From NCBI GenBank assembly GCA_964426185.1, contig CAYRPF010000110.1, positions 1 to 7,326 of the forward strand: a stretch of 7,326 bases of DNA. The letters run 5' to 3'. This DNA is from an uncultured archaeon. Its GTDB lineage: Archaea; Asgardarchaeota; Lokiarchaeia; Sigyniarchaeales; Promethearchaeaceae. The notes beneath the pieces were generated by a model. The model worked only from the letters and a program-made list of their open reading frames with translations, had not been told where the DNA came from and made no database searches. The translations under genes were made by a program, and so were the position numbers. This document shows, in pieces, positions 6,444 to 7,326 of this stretch (the stretch's first letter is position 1; every line of letters begins with the position of its first letter).

Positions 6444-6863
6444 ATGCCCAAAGTAATGAATTTTATTGTTTCCGAACAATCCTTTGAAAAATTCGGAATG
6501 ATGGTTATCCTTGGCACTACTGGTGCTGCCATGGAAACAAAGATGAATTTCTTTTTCACCTTTTGGGGTATCAATCTATTGAAAAAAAATTTCAAACCGA
6601 AAGTGGCGGGAATGCCGTTTCCTATGAAAGGAATGGCAGCGATGATGTTTAAAAAGAAATTAAAATCTTTCGGATACGAAGATATGTGGGAAATGGTTAA
6701 AGATGGAATTGAAGAAGGAAATATTAAACTCTATCCTTGCTCAATGACCATGGATTTAATGGGTGTGAAAAAGGAACAAATCCACAAATTCTGCGAAGAG
6801 CCTATCGGCGCTGCCAAGTTCATTGAAATGGCAGATGAAGCGGATAAGGTAATTTCCTTATAA
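6444..6863 (+). CDS. DsrE2-like (DsrE/DsrF/DrsH-like family) sulfur carrier protein
   Basis: TTGAAM, FFFTFWG, LYPCSMTMDLMG (conserved Cys99), GAAKFIEMA; GTGA upstream of the start. Confidence 0.9.
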   Translation: MPKVMNFIVSEQSFEKFGMMVILGTTGAAMETKMNFFFTFWGINLLKKNFKPKVAGMPFPMKGMAAMMFKKKLKSFGYEDMWEMVKDGIEEGNIKLYPCSMTMDLMGVKKEQIHKFCEEPIGAAKFIEMADEADKVISL

Positions 6864-6970
6864 TACAAACGCATATATCAATTTGCGTGAAAAACACCAG
6901 ATAAAAACTTTTAACTCTGATTAAACTTTTTTGATTTTGAACATTTCCTTTTAAATCATGTGAAAACTTT

Positions 6971-7326
6971 ATGACAAATACAGCTAATTATCCAAAAAAA
7001 CATCAAGAAGTGGAATTAACTCAATTAGACAAACAAATTCTGCAGATTTTACAAGAAAATGGAAAAGCTTCTCTTCGGTCTATTGCCCAAAAATTAAATT
7101 CTTCCGTTTCCGCAGTGAAAAATCATGTAGATAAACTAACAGAAACAGGTGTAATCCAATCTTACACTGCATTGATTGATTGCTGCAAAATTGGATATAA
7201 AGAAATGCTCCTTTTATTTATTCGGGTGAGTAATTCCGTCCCAATAAGTGAAATTTTCGATAAATTGGCAAAAATCGATAAAATTAATGCAATATATCAA
7301 ATTTCGGGTACATACGCTATTTTCTG
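6971..7326 (+). CDS. Lrp/AsnC family transcriptional regulator, 3'-truncated by the window edge; not in the ORF track
   Basis: Manual translation: MTNTANYPKKHQEVELTQLDKQILQILQENGKASLRSIAQKLNSSVSAVKNHVDKLTETGVIQSYTALIDCCKIGYKEMLLLFIRVSNSVPISEIFDKLAKIDKINAIYQISGTYAIF... Classic Lrp HTH (LDKQILQILQENGK..LRSIAQKL..V..L...GVI..Y) plus the start of a RAM domain (YQISG). Confidence 0.92.
   Translation, partial: MTNTANYPKKHQEVELTQLDKQILQILQENGKASLRSIAQKLNSSVSAVKNHVDKLTETGVIQSYTALIDCCKIGYKEMLLLFIRVSNSVPISEIFDKLAKIDKINAIYQISGTYAIF

Noticed and set aside
6350-6595. 81-aa minus-strand ORF
   Set aside because: Antisense to dsrE2 and its regulatory region.
6444-6863. High Met content of DsrE2 (17 of 139 residues) as a novel metal-binding feature
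   Set aside because: Met-rich central segments are common in this family, so it is not distinctive alone.

Overview
An AT-rich, most likely archaeal window (TATA/BRE-like boxes about 30 nt before start codons, GGTGA/GGAGG ribosome-binding motifs, oligo-T tracts after genes, an Lrp/AsnC regulator). It holds a compact sulfur-trafficking cluster: a NifU/IscU-like scaffold, a probable tusA-dsrE-dsrF-dsrH (tusA-tusD-tusC-tusB-like) operon, an IscS/NifS-type cysteine desulfurase, a second TusA/SirA protein, a MoeB/ThiF (E1-like) enzyme, a DsrE2-type protein and a truncated Lrp/AsnC regulator that is missing from the ORF track. A small hypothetical gene and an E. coli-type pncB flank or interrupt the cluster. 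The most notable non-coding signal is a triple-box element (consensus about GTACAWWTGTAC, three boxes at exactly 31-bp intervals) repeated in the same register upstream of the tusA-dsrEFH operon (2202-2275) and upstream of dsrE2 (6330-6403). With the adjacent Lrp, which carries an unusual Cys-Cys pair, this suggests an Lrp-controlled, possibly sulfur-sensing, sulfur-relay regulon. No TusE/DsrC, MnmA or ThiS/MoaD/SAMP acceptor is visible in the window.
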